From Vulcanimicrobiota bacterium (GTDB lineage Bacteria; Vulcanimicrobiota; Vulcanimicrobiia; Eremiobacterales; Eremiobacteraceae), in assembly GCA_963812135.1 (NCBI GenBank), contig CAWETU010000001.1, positions 1,472,001 to 1,536,000 on the forward strand: 64,000 nt of DNA, read 5' to 3'. A program made the position numbers and the translations under genes. Under the pieces are notes generated by a model. It saw only the letters and a list, made by a program, of their open reading frames with translations. It did not search any database and was not told the DNA's origin. Every line of letters starts with the position of its first letter. Positions within the stretch are counted from its first letter, which is position 1. Positions 1 to 9,991 of the stretch are shown here, piece by piece.

Positions 1-5
1 GCGTC

Positions 6-497
6 GTGGGCTCGCCGGGAACACCCGGCCCGTCGCCGCAAGAGCTGCGCTCGATCGCGCGCAGCCGCGCTGAGGGGAACGACCCGCTGCTCGCCGAACG
101 CATCGGCGCCGCTCTCCTGAACGCGTCGTACCCGGAACCGTTGCTCAAGGTGCGCGTGCTGCGCATCGCGGATGCGACGTTCGTCGGGCTTATGCTCTCA
201 GGCGTGAAGCTGCACGCGCGCGTCGATCGCGCACAATTCGAGGCCGATGTCGGCGGGATGGTCGACCGCGCGTTTGCGGCGCGACCCGACATCGCCGAAG
301 TCGACGTGTGGGCGGTCGAGCCGCTCGAAGTGCAGCCGAGCGCCGACGTCTCGGGCGACTATGCGGTGCCGACGACGCGCACGGTGTTCTCCTGCGCGGT
401 GACGCGCGCACAAGCGCGGGCCGCCGCGTCGCGGACACAGATGCTGGGAACGATGTATTGGGGACCGAGCTTTTTGAAGGAAGAACGCGCACCATGA
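6..497 (+). CDS. hypothetical protein (probably 5'-truncated by the window edge)
   Basis: 163-aa ORF whose stop overlaps the ATG of the next gene (ATGA at 494-497). Confidence 0.6.
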   Translation: MGSPGTPGPSPQELRSIARSRAEGNDPLLAERIGAALLNASYPEPLLKVRVLRIADATFVGLMLSGVKLHARVDRAQFEADVGGMVDRAFAARPDIAEVDVWAVEPLEVQPSADVSGDYAVPTTRTVFSCAVTRAQARAAASRTQMLGTMYWGPSFLKEERAP

Positions 498-1774
498 GCG
501 CCGAGCCCAACTACCAGAAGACGACGCTTGCAAACGGCGTGCGGGTGATCACCGAGCACATGCCGTTGGTGCGCAGCGCGAGCATCGGGCTCTGGGTCGG
601 CGTCGGTTCGTCGCACGAGACATCGCAACTGCGCGGCATCAGCCATTGCATCGAGCACATGCTCTTCAAAGGGACCCGAAGCAGAAGCGCGCGAGAGATC
701 GCGGAGTTCATGGACTCGATCGGCGGCAACCTCAATGCCTTCACCGACAAAGAGACGACGTGCTACCATGCGCGCGTCGTCGACGCGTCCGTCGACGTGA
801 CGCTGGACCTGCTCGGCGACATGTTCCTCAATTCTGTGTTCGACCCGGTCGAGCTGCGCAAAGAGCAGCAGGTCATCCTCGAAGAGATCCGCATGTACGA
901 CGACTCACCTGAAGAAGTCGCCCACGACTTGTTCATCCGTTCGGTGTGGGCGGGCAGTCCGCTTGGCGAACCGACGATCGGCTACGAAGAGACCGTGACG
1001 GCCGTGACCCAAGAGGCGATCCGCGCGTACATGCGCGAGCGTTACACGCCTGACTCCGTCGTGCTCACCGCGGCCGGCAACGTCGATCATGAGGCGATCG
1101 CCGCGCAAGCGCAGACGCTATTCGGCGGCATGACCGGGCGCAACGCGGGCGGCGATCCGCCGCAGCCGCGTTTTGTGCCGGCGAACGTCGTCAGCCGCAA
1201 GGACACGGAGCAGGTCTATGTTTTGTTCGGCACCGAGGGCGCGAGCGCCAAGGATGATCGCCGCTATCCGCTGACGCTGCTCGATACGACGCTCGGCGGC
1301 GGCATGGCGTCGCGTCTCTTCCATGAGATCCGCGAGAAACGAGGCCTCGCCTATAGCGTCTACTCATCGCACAATCCGTATCGGAACGCCGGGCTGATGA
1401 CGATCGCCGCCTCGACCTCTCCCAAGAACGCCCGCGAAGTCGTGGCGCTCGTGCGCGAGGAGTTGGCGCGCATGGCTGCGGACGGCGTCAGCGACGACGA
1501 ACTCATGCGCGCCAAGCAACACGTCAAGGGCGGACTGCTCCTCTCGCTAGAGAGCACGAGCACGCGCATGCTGCGACTCGGCCGCAGCGAATTGAACGTC
1601 GGCCGCCACGTCGCCGCGACCGAGATCATCGAGCACATCGACGGTTCATCGAAAGCGGACGTCGACGGGCTTGCCACGGCGCTCTTCGGCGCGGAGCGCA
1701 CCGCGTTGACGGTCGTGGGACCGGTCGACGAACGCTTCGGCGAGGACGCGCAGCTGCTCGAGCAGTCGGCCTAA
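494..1774 (+). CDS. M16 family (pitrilysin-like) zinc peptidase
   Basis: HCIEH inverted zinc motif, NAFT-KE motif, GGGMASRLFHEIREKRGLAYSVYS; start placed at ATG 494 (MSAEPNYQKTTLANG). Confidence 0.93.
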   Translation: MSAEPNYQKTTLANGVRVITEHMPLVRSASIGLWVGVGSSHETSQLRGISHCIEHMLFKGTRSRSAREIAEFMDSIGGNLNAFTDKETTCYHARVVDASVDVTLDLLGDMFLNSVFDPVELRKEQQVILEEIRMYDDSPEEVAHDLFIRSVWAGSPLGEPTIGYEETVTAVTQEAIRAYMRERYTPDSVVLTAAGNVDHEAIAAQAQTLFGGMTGRNAGGDPPQPRFVPANVVSRKDTEQVYVLFGTEGASAKDDRRYPLTLLDTTLGGGMASRLFHEIREKRGLAYSVYSSHNPYRNAGLMTIAASTSPKNAREVVALVREELARMAADGVSDDELMRAKQHVKGGLLLSLESTSTRMLRLGRSELNVGRHVAATEIIEHIDGSSKADVDGLATALFGAERTALTVVGPVDERFGEDAQLLEQSA

Positions 1775-1797
1775 AGCGTGACCGGAACGACGTCGGC

Positions 1798-2622
1798 ATG
1801 AGCCCTGGCGTCTTCGTCATCATCACCGCGCTGTTGTACATGTTCGCCACTGCGCTGCAGATGGGGACCAATGCAGCACGCCTTGCGGGCGTGCGCACGA
1901 AGCGCGTGGCGACCGGCCTGACGCTGTTCAATCTCTTCGGCACGACCGGCCGCTTCCTCAATCTGTTCTATTTGCCGCTCATCGGCAGCCTCGCCGACAA
2001 AGCCGGCAGGCTCAACGATCCCAAGATGTTCGAGACTGACATGCGGTGGGTCATGGGCGCAGCCACCATCGGCATCGTCCTGGGCGGCGCACTCATCCCG
2101 TGGGCGAGCCGCACGCTGGTGCGCGGCATCGCTTCGTTCGAACGCCGCGGTTCGCTGCTGCATGCGCTCGCGCAGCTCTTCCGCCCGAGCGTGTTGATGT
2201 CGGTGCTGCGCGACTTCGAGCTGCCGCGCCTATCGATGTTGCGCTACAACCCAGCAAATCTGCCCAAGGGATTCTTGGTCTGGAACATCGTCGTCATGGC
2301 GTTCTGGGTGGCCGGGCCGCTCGCCGCGTATTATGCCGGCGTGCTCGAACCCGACTACCGGCTCACGGCGGCATCGCTTTCGGGTCTCATCACCGGCATC
2401 TCGACGTTGACGCTGACCTACATCGTCGATCCGACGTCGGCATTGATCACCGATCAGACCGCGCACGGCATCAGGCCCGAATCCGACATGAAGGCGATGA
2501 TCCTCTATCTCGTGCTCACCGCGTTGATCGGCACGCTCGTCGCGCAGCTGCTGCTCGTCCCTGCAGCGGACATCATCAGCGTGTCGGCGAAATGGGTGAA
2601 CGATGCCCACATCCATTTCTAG
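1798..2622 (+). CDS. amj: lipid II flippase Amj family (DUF2837) membrane protein
   Basis: multi-TM protein with RLAGVRTKRVA..LFN and ASLSGLITG..T..L...VDP..A.ITDQ, typical of Amj. Confidence 0.75.
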   Translation: MSPGVFVIITALLYMFATALQMGTNAARLAGVRTKRVATGLTLFNLFGTTGRFLNLFYLPLIGSLADKAGRLNDPKMFETDMRWVMGAATIGIVLGGALIPWASRTLVRGIASFERRGSLLHALAQLFRPSVLMSVLRDFELPRLSMLRYNPANLPKGFLVWNIVVMAFWVAGPLAAYYAGVLEPDYRLTAASLSGLITGISTLTLTYIVDPTSALITDQTAHGIRPESDMKAMILYLVLTALIGTLVAQLLLVPAADIISVSAKWVNDAHIHF

Positions 2623-3280
2623 ATCGAAAAGCGCGCTCTTCATCGCGCTCGTCGCCGCTGCGTTAGGCCTTTCCAGCTGCACCGCCGGATTCAAGGACCG
2701 TATCGTCGACCTGCGCAACGCGCAAGCCGACGCCGCGATGCAGAACAACAACATCGTCGAAGCGGAAAAAGAGTACAGCCTTGCGCTCGCGCTCGCGCCC
2801 AACAACGAGCACGCCCGCACGGGTTTGGCGCGGGTGGCCACCCTCCACGCGAGGTCGGACCTCGAAGCGGGGGACATCGACGGCGCGCAAATAGAGATCC
2901 AAAAGGCGCTCAAGTACGCGCCGAAAGACGCCACGGCGCTCGATCTGGCTCCCGCCATCGATCAAGCGAGGATCAGGCGCGACGTCGTGATCGCGAACTT
3001 TCCGCTGTACAAGGCGTCTGGCGATGTGATTCGCGAACTGCTCGCTTCGAACGCGCTCGAAAACAAGAATATCCAACAGCAGCTGCACCTTTTCAACGCG
3101 GACTTCGACGTGGCGCACCTGCGCAAGGCGATCGCGTTGTCGACGGATCTCGAGGACGAGACCCATCGCGTGACGTTGCGGCTCAACGCGCTGCGCGTGC
3201 AGACGGAAGCTGGTGTGGGTCCAGGTGAGACGCGCTCGCAGTCGTCGGAGTCTGTGCCCGGTCTGCTGCCGATCCCCTAA
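2603..3280 (+). CDS. TPR-containing lipoprotein
   Basis: lipobox LSSC after a hydrophobic signal; TPR-like AEKEYSLALALAPNNEHARTGLA. Confidence 0.7.
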   Translation: MPTSISRSKSALFIALVAAALGLSSCTAGFKDRIVDLRNAQADAAMQNNNIVEAEKEYSLALALAPNNEHARTGLARVATLHARSDLEAGDIDGAQIEIQKALKYAPKDATALDLAPAIDQARIRRDVVIANFPLYKASGDVIRELLASNALENKNIQQQLHLFNADFDVAHLRKAIALSTDLEDETHRVTLRLNALRVQTEAGVGPGETRSQSSESVPGLLPIP

Positions 3281-3284
3281 AAGC

Positions 3285-3485
3285 TTAGCGGGGAGATTCG
3301 TCAGGGCAGCCGACGTGGCCGCACTGGCAAGGCCCATCACCGCGGCCGGTTCCCTCGCCCACGCAGTATTCCGAACAGAACTGCGCCGTCGTGCGATCCT
3401 CGTCGAGGTTGCAGCCGCACACTTCGTTGGCGCACGGCCGGTCGCGCGTCTGCTCGCGCTCGGCCTCGAGCCGTTTCTCCATCAT
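3285..3485 (-). CDS. small Cys-rich metallothionein-like protein (66 aa)
   Basis: MMEKR...CANEVCGC...FCSEYC...CQCGHVGC (8 Cys + 1 His); ATG overlaps the TGA of the upstream gene. Confidence 0.65.
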   Translation of the reverse strand: MMEKRLEAEREQTRDRPCANEVCGCNLDEDRTTAQFCSEYCVGEGTGRGDGPCQCGHVGCPDESPR

Positions 3486-4111
3486 GCTTTGCTTTTCTCC
3501 GGGTCCGGCGACTGGTAAACGGTTCCCATGAGCCGCGCCGCAGTCTTGGATAGGGGCGGATCGATTCGCTTGACGCCGGACGGATAGGTGTCCGGGTGCG
3601 TCTCGAGATAGGCGCGTGAGATCGATGCGATGTATTCGAAGTTGTCCCAGATCGAGCGCTCGCCGCTCGCCGCACGCGTGAGCGCGATGAGCGGCTCGAG
3701 CCGCGCCCATGTCAACGCCACGTTCCACGAATAGACGTCAAGGAAGAGCGTTCGCTCGACGATGCCGTTCTTCACCAGCACCCCGAGGTTCTCAAACGTG
3801 TTGCCGACGAGAATCGCTGCCGCGCGGACGGCCTCATAAGGATGGTGCGACGGAGGAGTCTCCTGACGGGCGATCGAGATGCAATACCCGCAGAACTCGG
3901 GATCTTGGTGCAGACCGCCCAGCTCCTTGCGGATGGCGTCCTCGGCGTCGCGGAAATCCTTGCTGTCGAACTCGTTTTGCAACGACAGCAGCGCCGTGAT
4001 CTGATTGCCCATCCGCATGTGACGCAGCTGGACGATGGCGGCGATAGCGGTCGCGCCGATGACCGTCGCGGTCACGAGCGACGCGAGCGTGTTCATGAGT
4101 TCGAGCGACAT
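3482..4111 (-). CDS. N-terminally anchored hypothetical protein (DUF4760-like)
   Basis: GGAGG RBS; N-terminal TM helix then a helical domain with GNTFENLGVLVKNGIVE...W..FEY. Confidence 0.65.
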   Translation of the reverse strand: MSLELMNTLASLVTATVIGATAIAAIVQLRHMRMGNQITALLSLQNEFDSKDFRDAEDAIRKELGGLHQDPEFCGYCISIARQETPPSHHPYEAVRAAAILVGNTFENLGVLVKNGIVERTLFLDVYSWNVALTWARLEPLIALTRAASGERSIWDNFEYIASISRAYLETHPDTYPSGVKRIDPPLSKTAARLMGTVYQSPDPEKSKA

Positions 4112-4138
4112 GCAGCCTCCCCGGTCGTGTACGTTCTC

Positions 4139-4162
4139 GTTCGAATAAACTCGACCGCTACA
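4139..4162 (-). repeat. REP-like palindromic element (TGTAGCGGTCGAGTTTATTCGAAC)
   Basis: GTAG + imperfect palindrome; related copies at 25818, 33190 and 33426. Confidence 0.65.
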
Positions 4163-5636
4163 TTTTCGGTTTGGTCATATCGTAGACGGGCCAGCCGGAC
4201 GGGTTCGGGATCTGCTCGAAGCCTTGCAGATACGAGTAGAGCGCGCCGTTCGCCTTGAGCCGCTCGGGTTCTACCGCCACGAAGTAGCGCGCACCTTTGC
4301 GCACCGCGCTCTCCATGTCGAACGGCGTCCAGACGAGCGGATCCTCTTCCCACCCCTTGCGGTTGATGAGGTAGAGGACGTCCGGACCATAGTGGCCCAT
4401 CACGATGATGCTGCCCGGCGCCAGCGTTTTGTCGAGCGACGATGCCGATGCGTACACGCGCCGGCTCCAGGTGTAATAGGGATGCACCTGCAGCATGCCC
4501 ACATAGGCGGCGAAGAACACGATCGCCGCAATGCCGGCGCACGCCCAACGTGAAACCGGTTGGGGCGCGATCTGGCGCCACACGTTCTCAACGCCTAATC
4601 CAGCGACCAATGCCGCGAGCGGCAGCCATGGCAGCAGGTAGTAGTCGACCCGTTCGACGTTGACGACGACGAACGCATATAAACAAAGGACCGCGACCCA
4701 CGAACCGAGCAGCCAATCGCGCTCGCGCCGCGATTCGCTCGGCGGCAAGAGCGCCGCGCCGATGAGCGCCAGCGAGAACAGCACCGGACCGAGTATCGTG
4801 CTCGCGAGCATGCGCAGCAGCTCGAGCGAGCTCTTGAGCGCGGCGACGAACGCGCCCGGGCTCGACAGCGCCGCGCCCAACGCCGGCAGCACGTGTTTTT
4901 GCGTGATGCCGCTGAACCAATGCCACTCGGCGATCGACCGCACGTGCTGGAAGTAGAGCGCGAACGGCACGAGCGTGCCGGCGACGAATGCGTACAGCGA
5001 CCAGTCGCGCAGCGCGCGCCAGCCCGCGTGCGCGAAGAGCACGGCGACGATCGGCACCAGGACGAGCAGCGCCGGGGGTTTGGCGAGCCAGGCCAGCGCG
5101 CCGAATCCGGCAGCAAGCGCGAAGTCCGCCGGCGCGCGCCGCATGCACCAGCGCCACCAGAACAGCAGCGTCCCCGTCATGAAGAACACCATGACGCTGT
5201 CGGGCGTGAACGTGCGACCATAGTAGACGGCGCCTGGCGCGATGGCGAAGAGCAACGCCGCGACCAGCCCGGCGCGCCGGTTCGCCAGTTCCGCGCCGAA
5301 CAGGTAGAGCAGCACGATCGTGCCGAGGCTGAACGCCATGACGAGCAGGCGGCCGATCGCCGGATGCACCCCGAACACGCGATAGAACTGCGCTGCGGTG
5401 TACGGCACGATCTGCAGCTCAAGCTCGATGTAGTTGGGCGGCGGGCCGTCATAATCGACCTGTGGATAGAAGATGTTGTTCTGCAGCTGCGCGAAATTGC
5501 GCGCGATCGCGGCTTGATCGCCTTGACGCCAGCCCGGATGATCGAGGATCGGATCGCGGACGTGATACAGGCGCAACGCGCAGCCCAGCAGCACGATCGC
5601 GCCCAGCGCTAACGCGGTCAGCCGGGGCGCGGTCAC
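4158..5636 (-). CDS. GT39/ArnT-like glycosyltransferase (GT-C fold)
   Basis: WRQGDQAAIARNF motif, many TM helices, YYGRTFTPD and LAKPP motifs. Confidence 0.85.
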   Translation of the reverse strand: MTAPRLTALALGAIVLLGCALRLYHVRDPILDHPGWRQGDQAAIARNFAQLQNNIFYPQVDYDGPPPNYIELELQIVPYTAAQFYRVFGVHPAIGRLLVMAFSLGTIVLLYLFGAELANRRAGLVAALLFAIAPGAVYYGRTFTPDSVMVFFMTGTLLFWWRWCMRRAPADFALAAGFGALAWLAKPPALLVLVPIVAVLFAHAGWRALRDWSLYAFVAGTLVPFALYFQHVRSIAEWHWFSGITQKHVLPALGAALSSPGAFVAALKSSLELLRMLASTILGPVLFSLALIGAALLPPSESRRERDWLLGSWVAVLCLYAFVVVNVERVDYYLLPWLPLAALVAGLGVENVWRQIAPQPVSRWACAGIAAIVFFAAYVGMLQVHPYYTWSRRVYASASSLDKTLAPGSIIVMGHYGPDVLYLINRKGWEEDPLVWTPFDMESAVRKGARYFVAVEPERLKANGALYSYLQGFEQIPNPSGWPVYDMTKPKM

Positions 5637-6070
5637 GCTCGGTCTTCGACTGGCTGGTGCGTGTGGCGAAACGTCCAGTATTTATTGAAGAAAAAGTTGA
5701 CGCCCATGCCGCCCACCGTGCCGCACAGCCAGATCAGCGAATTGCGCAACGTGAACGCTGGCAAATACCTGTCGAGCACGCCGGTGATGAGGATGCCCAG
5801 CACCAGCGCGATAGCCGACACGGTGAGGAATTGCGCCAGCTCTTTGCCCATGTGGCCGGTCGACCGGAACGTCCAGCGGCGGTTCCACCAATAGTTGTTG
5901 ATGCCGCCGAGGATGAAGCCGATGGAGAACGCGAGCTTCAGGTCGAGCCGGTAATGCAACAACGCGTGGAAGGCGATGAAGCTGACGATCGCGCCGGAGA
6001 TCCCGACGATGCCGAACTTCACGAACTGGCGCACGCCTCGGCGCGCGGCGAGCTTGCCCGTCAGGCTCAT
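5633..6070 (-). CDS. GtrA family flippase-like protein
   Basis: QFVKFGIVG...NNYWWNRRWTF...NFFFNKYWTF; ATG at 6070 overlaps the upstream stop. Confidence 0.88.
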   Translation of the reverse strand: MSLTGKLAARRGVRQFVKFGIVGISGAIVSFIAFHALLHYRLDLKLAFSIGFILGGINNYWWNRRWTFRSTGHMGKELAQFLTVSAIALVLGILITGVLDRYLPAFTLRNSLIWLCGTVGGMGVNFFFNKYWTFRHTHQPVEDRA

Positions 6071-7602
6071 GCGAGCCAGTACCAATCCGCAAACAGGACG
6101 GTGAAGAGACCAAGCAGCGGCAAGAACAGCGAGACGATCGCCGAGTTGACGATCGGGCGGCGCCCCCATAGCGCCAGCAGTATGAACGCAGGAAACACCA
6201 CGAGATCGAAGCGCGGCATGCTCATCAAGCTCGCCGTCGACATCGGCACCAGCATCGACGCGGCGAAATACAGCGAGTACGACGGCCGCAACACCCAGAA
6301 CGAGATCACCATCAACACGAGGAACGACAGCGTGAAGATCAACTCCATCAGATGGTTGATCGTCGAGGGCGATGCCAGCGGATGCGCCGCGATCAGATGC
6401 ACCGTGTTGATGATGCTCACCCACGGCGGCGAAAGGTGCCGGTTCCAGTCGACCTGGATCTTCTGGAACGCCATCGGATCGCCGACCAGCGCATACAGGT
6501 ATCCCATGTAGACGAGCAGACCCGTGGGCACGGCGGCGAGACCGATGATGCCGCGCACGAGCGCGGTGCGTTGGCCGTCGCGAAACGCGCGCCACACCTC
6601 GTACGCGAGGGGCAGCGCGACGAGTATGCCCTCGACGCGCGTCAGCGCGGCAAGCGCGCCGATGACACCGCTCGTGATGAAGTTGCCGCGCCGCGCATAG
6701 TATACGGATGCGACGGTGAGCGCCAGGAACAGCGATTCAGTGTAGATGGCCGAGAAGAAGATGGCCGTCGGGAAGATGGCGATGTAGAAGATCGCATGGA
6801 ACGCGGTGGTGTCGTCGCCGAACTCTTTTTTGGTGAGCGCGTAGAGATAGGCGAGCGCGATCAGGAACGCCACGTTGGAGATGATGAGCCCCGCGATGAG
6901 ATCGTCGCCGATCATCTTGCCGACGAAATGGATCAGCGCCGGATAGAGCGGGAAGAACGCGATGTCTTTACCATGGTACCCGATCGACGCGATGTCGAGA
7001 TAGTGCTGCGCGTCCCAACGGCCCCAGACGTCGAGCAACAAACCATGCTGGGGCGACCAGTGATGGCCGGCGCGCTGTCCGATGACGACGGCGGCGACTG
7101 ACGCGATGATGATGAGCGGCAGGCGCGTCGCGAGGAAGATACCGGTGACGAGCCTGACGGTGCGCACGAAATACGCGAGCACGCCCACCTTGATCGCGAG
7201 GAACGCCGCGAGCACGACGGCCAGCATAAAGGATGCGGAGCCGACCGTGGCCGGGATCTGCAACACGTACAGCCACAGCGCGAAGAACGGCAAGAAGCTG
7301 AGCGCGTCGGCCTGCAGCATGACGTCGGGATCGATGTCGGCCCAGCCCCCGACGACGTTCGAGTAGACGCCCCAGACGAGCAGCGCGAGGATCGCGCCGG
7401 CCGCGAGAAACGCCAACAGCGCGACATCGCTCGCGGCGACGGGCGCGCGTGACGCGAGGACGTACCAGCCGAAGAAGCCTGCGCTCGCGCCTGCCGCCGC
7501 GGTGACGAGGGCGGCGTAACGCGCGGCGGAGGGGACAAAAGAGAAGGGGCCAGCGGTCGTGCGCGTGCCCCGGAATCCCGGTTGACGAGCGGCGTATTGC
7601 AC
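6067..7602 (-). CDS. PIG-V/GT76-like mannosyltransferase (GT-C) with N-terminal membrane extension; start uncertain
   Basis: [37 protein letters not shown] and SMPRF motifs. Confidence 0.82.
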   Translation of the reverse strand: MQYAARQPGFRGTRTTAGPFSFVPSAARYAALVTAAAGASAGFFGWYVLASRAPVAASDVALLAFLAAGAILALLVWGVYSNVVGGWADIDPDVMLQADALSFLPFFALWLYVLQIPATVGSASFMLAVVLAAFLAIKVGVLAYFVRTVRLVTGIFLATRLPLIIIASVAAVVIGQRAGHHWSPQHGLLLDVWGRWDAQHYLDIASIGYHGKDIAFFPLYPALIHFVGKMIGDDLIAGLIISNVAFLIALAYLYALTKKEFGDDTTAFHAIFYIAIFPTAIFFSAIYTESLFLALTVASVYYARRGNFITSGVIGALAALTRVEGILVALPLAYEVWRAFRDGQRTALVRGIIGLAAVPTGLLVYMGYLYALVGDPMAFQKIQVDWNRHLSPPWVSIINTVHLIAAHPLASPSTINHLMELIFTLSFLVLMVISFWVLRPSYSLYFAASMLVPMSTASLMSMPRFDLVVFPAFILLALWGRRPIVNSAIVSLFLPLLGLFTVLFADWYWLA

Positions 7603-7681
7603 TGTTTCGATGATTCGCCGCGAGGCGCGCGCCCTCCGCCGTTGTCCAGGGATTCGCAAGCGTGTGGTAAATTGGCGGGAC

Positions 7682-8527
7682 ATGGCTGGTGCTGTCGTTG
7701 CGCTCGCGTTGAGCCTGGTCGCGGTGGTGCCGGCGAGTCCGCCCGCGCCGCTGCTGCCGCTCCATGACGGCATCCAAGCGACGTTTGTCGCGCTGGCGGA
7801 GCAGCAGGGCGCGACCTACGTGACGTTCGCGGTGGGTCAGACCGAGACGACGCTGCCGCTTGACCGAGCTGCGGTCGTGCGCGAACGAGCGGTGGGCGGT
7901 TCGTGGACGCCGATCGAGGCGACCGCGTTGCGCGCCGGTGCGCCCGTCGTCGTCTTCGAGAGCGGGCGGCGGATCGTCCAGATCGACACGCTCTACGCGC
8001 AGGTCGCAACACGCTTCGTGCTCGTGAAGAACGGTTATGGAGTGGCGCCATCGGGCGCGGTGTATCACCTTGTCGGCCGCGCTCGCGAGGAAGGAGCTTC
8101 CTTGCCGCAAGGCGCGTACGTGCTGTTGCGCGTCGCACCCGCTTCGAATGTCGCGTTCGACCTCGTCGCGTCGCAGACGCCGTTCGAAGATCGCAGCGCG
8201 CGCGTGCCGCGCGTGACGGTGACCGTCGAAGTATCGGTACCAGTGAACACGCCGTCGACAGACGTCGTCTACATGAGCACCGACGCGCTGAGCTGGACGC
8301 CGAACGGCGTGCGCATGTCGCCGCTGCCGGGCAACCGGTGGACCGTCACGCTGTCGATGACCGACGGCACGCTGCTCAAGTACAAGTACACGCGCGGAAC
8401 GTGGCAGACCGACGAGCGCGACCTGGCGGGCAACGAGATCGCCAATCGCTCGCTCACCGTCAACGCAAAAGGGCCGGCGCAGACCGTGAAGGACACGGTC
8501 GCACGCTGGGCCGACCGCTCGAGCTAG
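7682..8527 (+). CDS. secreted protein with C-terminal CBM20-like starch-binding domain
   Basis: signal peptide; C-terminal VP.NTP...VY....W.P....M......W...L......[12 protein letters not shown]. Confidence 0.7.
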   Translation: MAGAVVALALSLVAVVPASPPAPLLPLHDGIQATFVALAEQQGATYVTFAVGQTETTLPLDRAAVVRERAVGGSWTPIEATALRAGAPVVVFESGRRIVQIDTLYAQVATRFVLVKNGYGVAPSGAVYHLVGRAREEGASLPQGAYVLLRVAPASNVAFDLVASQTPFEDRSARVPRVTVTVEVSVPVNTPSTDVVYMSTDALSWTPNGVRMSPLPGNRWTVTLSMTDGTLLKYKYTRGTWQTDERDLAGNEIANRSLTVNAKGPAQTVKDTVARWADRSS

Positions 8528-8537
8528 GGAGAGCGAC

Positions 8538-9494
8538 ATGGATACGCTTGATTTCGTCAAGGTGACGGAGGCGGCGGCGCTGGCGGCGTCGCGATGGATG
8601 GGCCGCGGCGAACGCGACAGCGCGGACCAAGCGGCGGTCGAGCGCATGCGCGAGACGCTCAACGAGATGGATATCCGCGGCAAGATCGTCATCGGCGAGG
8701 GCGAGCGCGACGAAGCGCCCATGCTGTACATCGGCGAAGTGGTGGGCCGCGGCGGCGTCGAGGTGGATATCGCCGTCGATCCGGTCGAAGGCACCAATCT
8801 CGTGGCGAACGGCTTGCCCAATTCGATCGCGGTATTGGCGGTGACCGCGAAAGGCGGACTGCTCAACGCGCCCGACACTTACATGGCGAAGCTCGCGGTC
8901 GGGCCCAAAGCCGCGCCGTATGTCCACATCGACGCGAGCGTCGACGAGAATCTCGAGGTCGTCGCCAACGCGCTCGAGCGGCCCATCGGCGACATCACCG
9001 TCGTCATCTTGGACCGGCCGCGCCACAAAGAGCTCATCGAAGAGGTGCGCGCCGCGGGCGCCAAGATCAAACTCATCTCCGACGGCGACGTCGATGCGGC
9101 CATCGCGACGGCGATCGAGGGCACCGGCATCAATGTCGCGATGGGGACCGGCGGCGCACCCGAAGGCGTGCTCGCCGCCGCCGCGCTGCGCTGCCTGGGC
9201 GGCGGATTCATGGGCCGCCTCAAGCCGCGCAACGAAGAAGAAGTCGCGCGCGCCAAGCAGATGGGCTTTGTCGACGTCGACAGGGTGCTCGCCATGGACG
9301 ATCTGGTCAAGACCGATGACGTGACCTTCGTCGCGAGCGGCATCACCGACGGCGATCTCTGCCGTGGCGTGCGCTTTTTCGGCAACGGCGCGCGCACCCA
9401 CTCGATCGTCATGAATTCGCAGGCGCGCACGGTGCGTTTCATCGAGACCGTCCATCAGCTGCGGGCCGAACCGGGCCACGCGCGCCATCATTGA
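8538..9494 (+). CDS. glpX: class II fructose-1,6-bisphosphatase (FBPase/SBPase)
   Basis: [28 protein letters not shown] and GGAPEGV motifs. Confidence 0.96.
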   Translation: MDTLDFVKVTEAAALAASRWMGRGERDSADQAAVERMRETLNEMDIRGKIVIGEGERDEAPMLYIGEVVGRGGVEVDIAVDPVEGTNLVANGLPNSIAVLAVTAKGGLLNAPDTYMAKLAVGPKAAPYVHIDASVDENLEVVANALERPIGDITVVILDRPRHKELIEEVRAAGAKIKLISDGDVDAAIATAIEGTGINVAMGTGGAPEGVLAAAALRCLGGGFMGRLKPRNEEEVARAKQMGFVDVDRVLAMDDLVKTDDVTFVASGITDGDLCRGVRFFGNGARTHSIVMNSQARTVRFIETVHQLRAEPGHARHH

Positions 9495-9991
9495 TCCGTC
9501 TGCTCACGCCGGACGCGATGGCCGACCGCGTCGAAGACATCACGGTCGAACTGCTGCGCGGCATGGGGGTGAGCGGCGTCGCGCTCGATCTGGACAACAC
9601 GATCGTGCCGTGGCACACCGCCGATGTCACGCCGTCGGTGAGCGCGTGGGTCGCGCGGCTCCTCGCAGGCGGCATGCGCGTCTGCCTGGTCACCAACAAC
9701 TATGCAGGCCACGCTGCCGACGTCGCCGCCGAACTGCACGTGCCGATCGTCGCGGGGGCGCTCAAACCGGCGCCCATCGCGTTTCGCAAGGCGCTCGCGA
9801 CCCTGGGCGTGCGGCCCGCCAACGGCGTGGTGATCGGCGACCAGCTGTTCACCGACGTCTTGGGCGGCAAGCTCTTGGGGATGCACGCGATCTTGGTCAA
9901 GCCCATCGGCGGCCGCGAGTTTTTCACGACGCGCTTGATGCGGCTGATGGAGCGGCCGCTGCTCGCGCGGATGCATCTCCCGCTGCGGTGA
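9491..9991 (+). CDS. yqeG: YqeG family HAD-IIIA phosphatase
   Basis: DLDNTIVPW, VTNN, KP and IGDQLFTDVLGG motifs. Confidence 0.88.
   Translation: MIRLLTPDAMADRVEDITVELLRGMGVSGVALDLDNTIVPWHTADVTPSVSAWVARLLAGGMRVCLVTNNYAGHAADVAAELHVPIVAGALKPAPIAFRKALATLGVRPANGVVIGDQLFTDVLGGKLLGMHAILVKPIGGREFFTTRLMRLMERPLLARMHLPLR

Noticed and set aside
8538..9494. glpX as evidence of a Calvin cycle locus
   Set aside because: No RuBisCO, phosphoribulokinase or other cbb genes in the window
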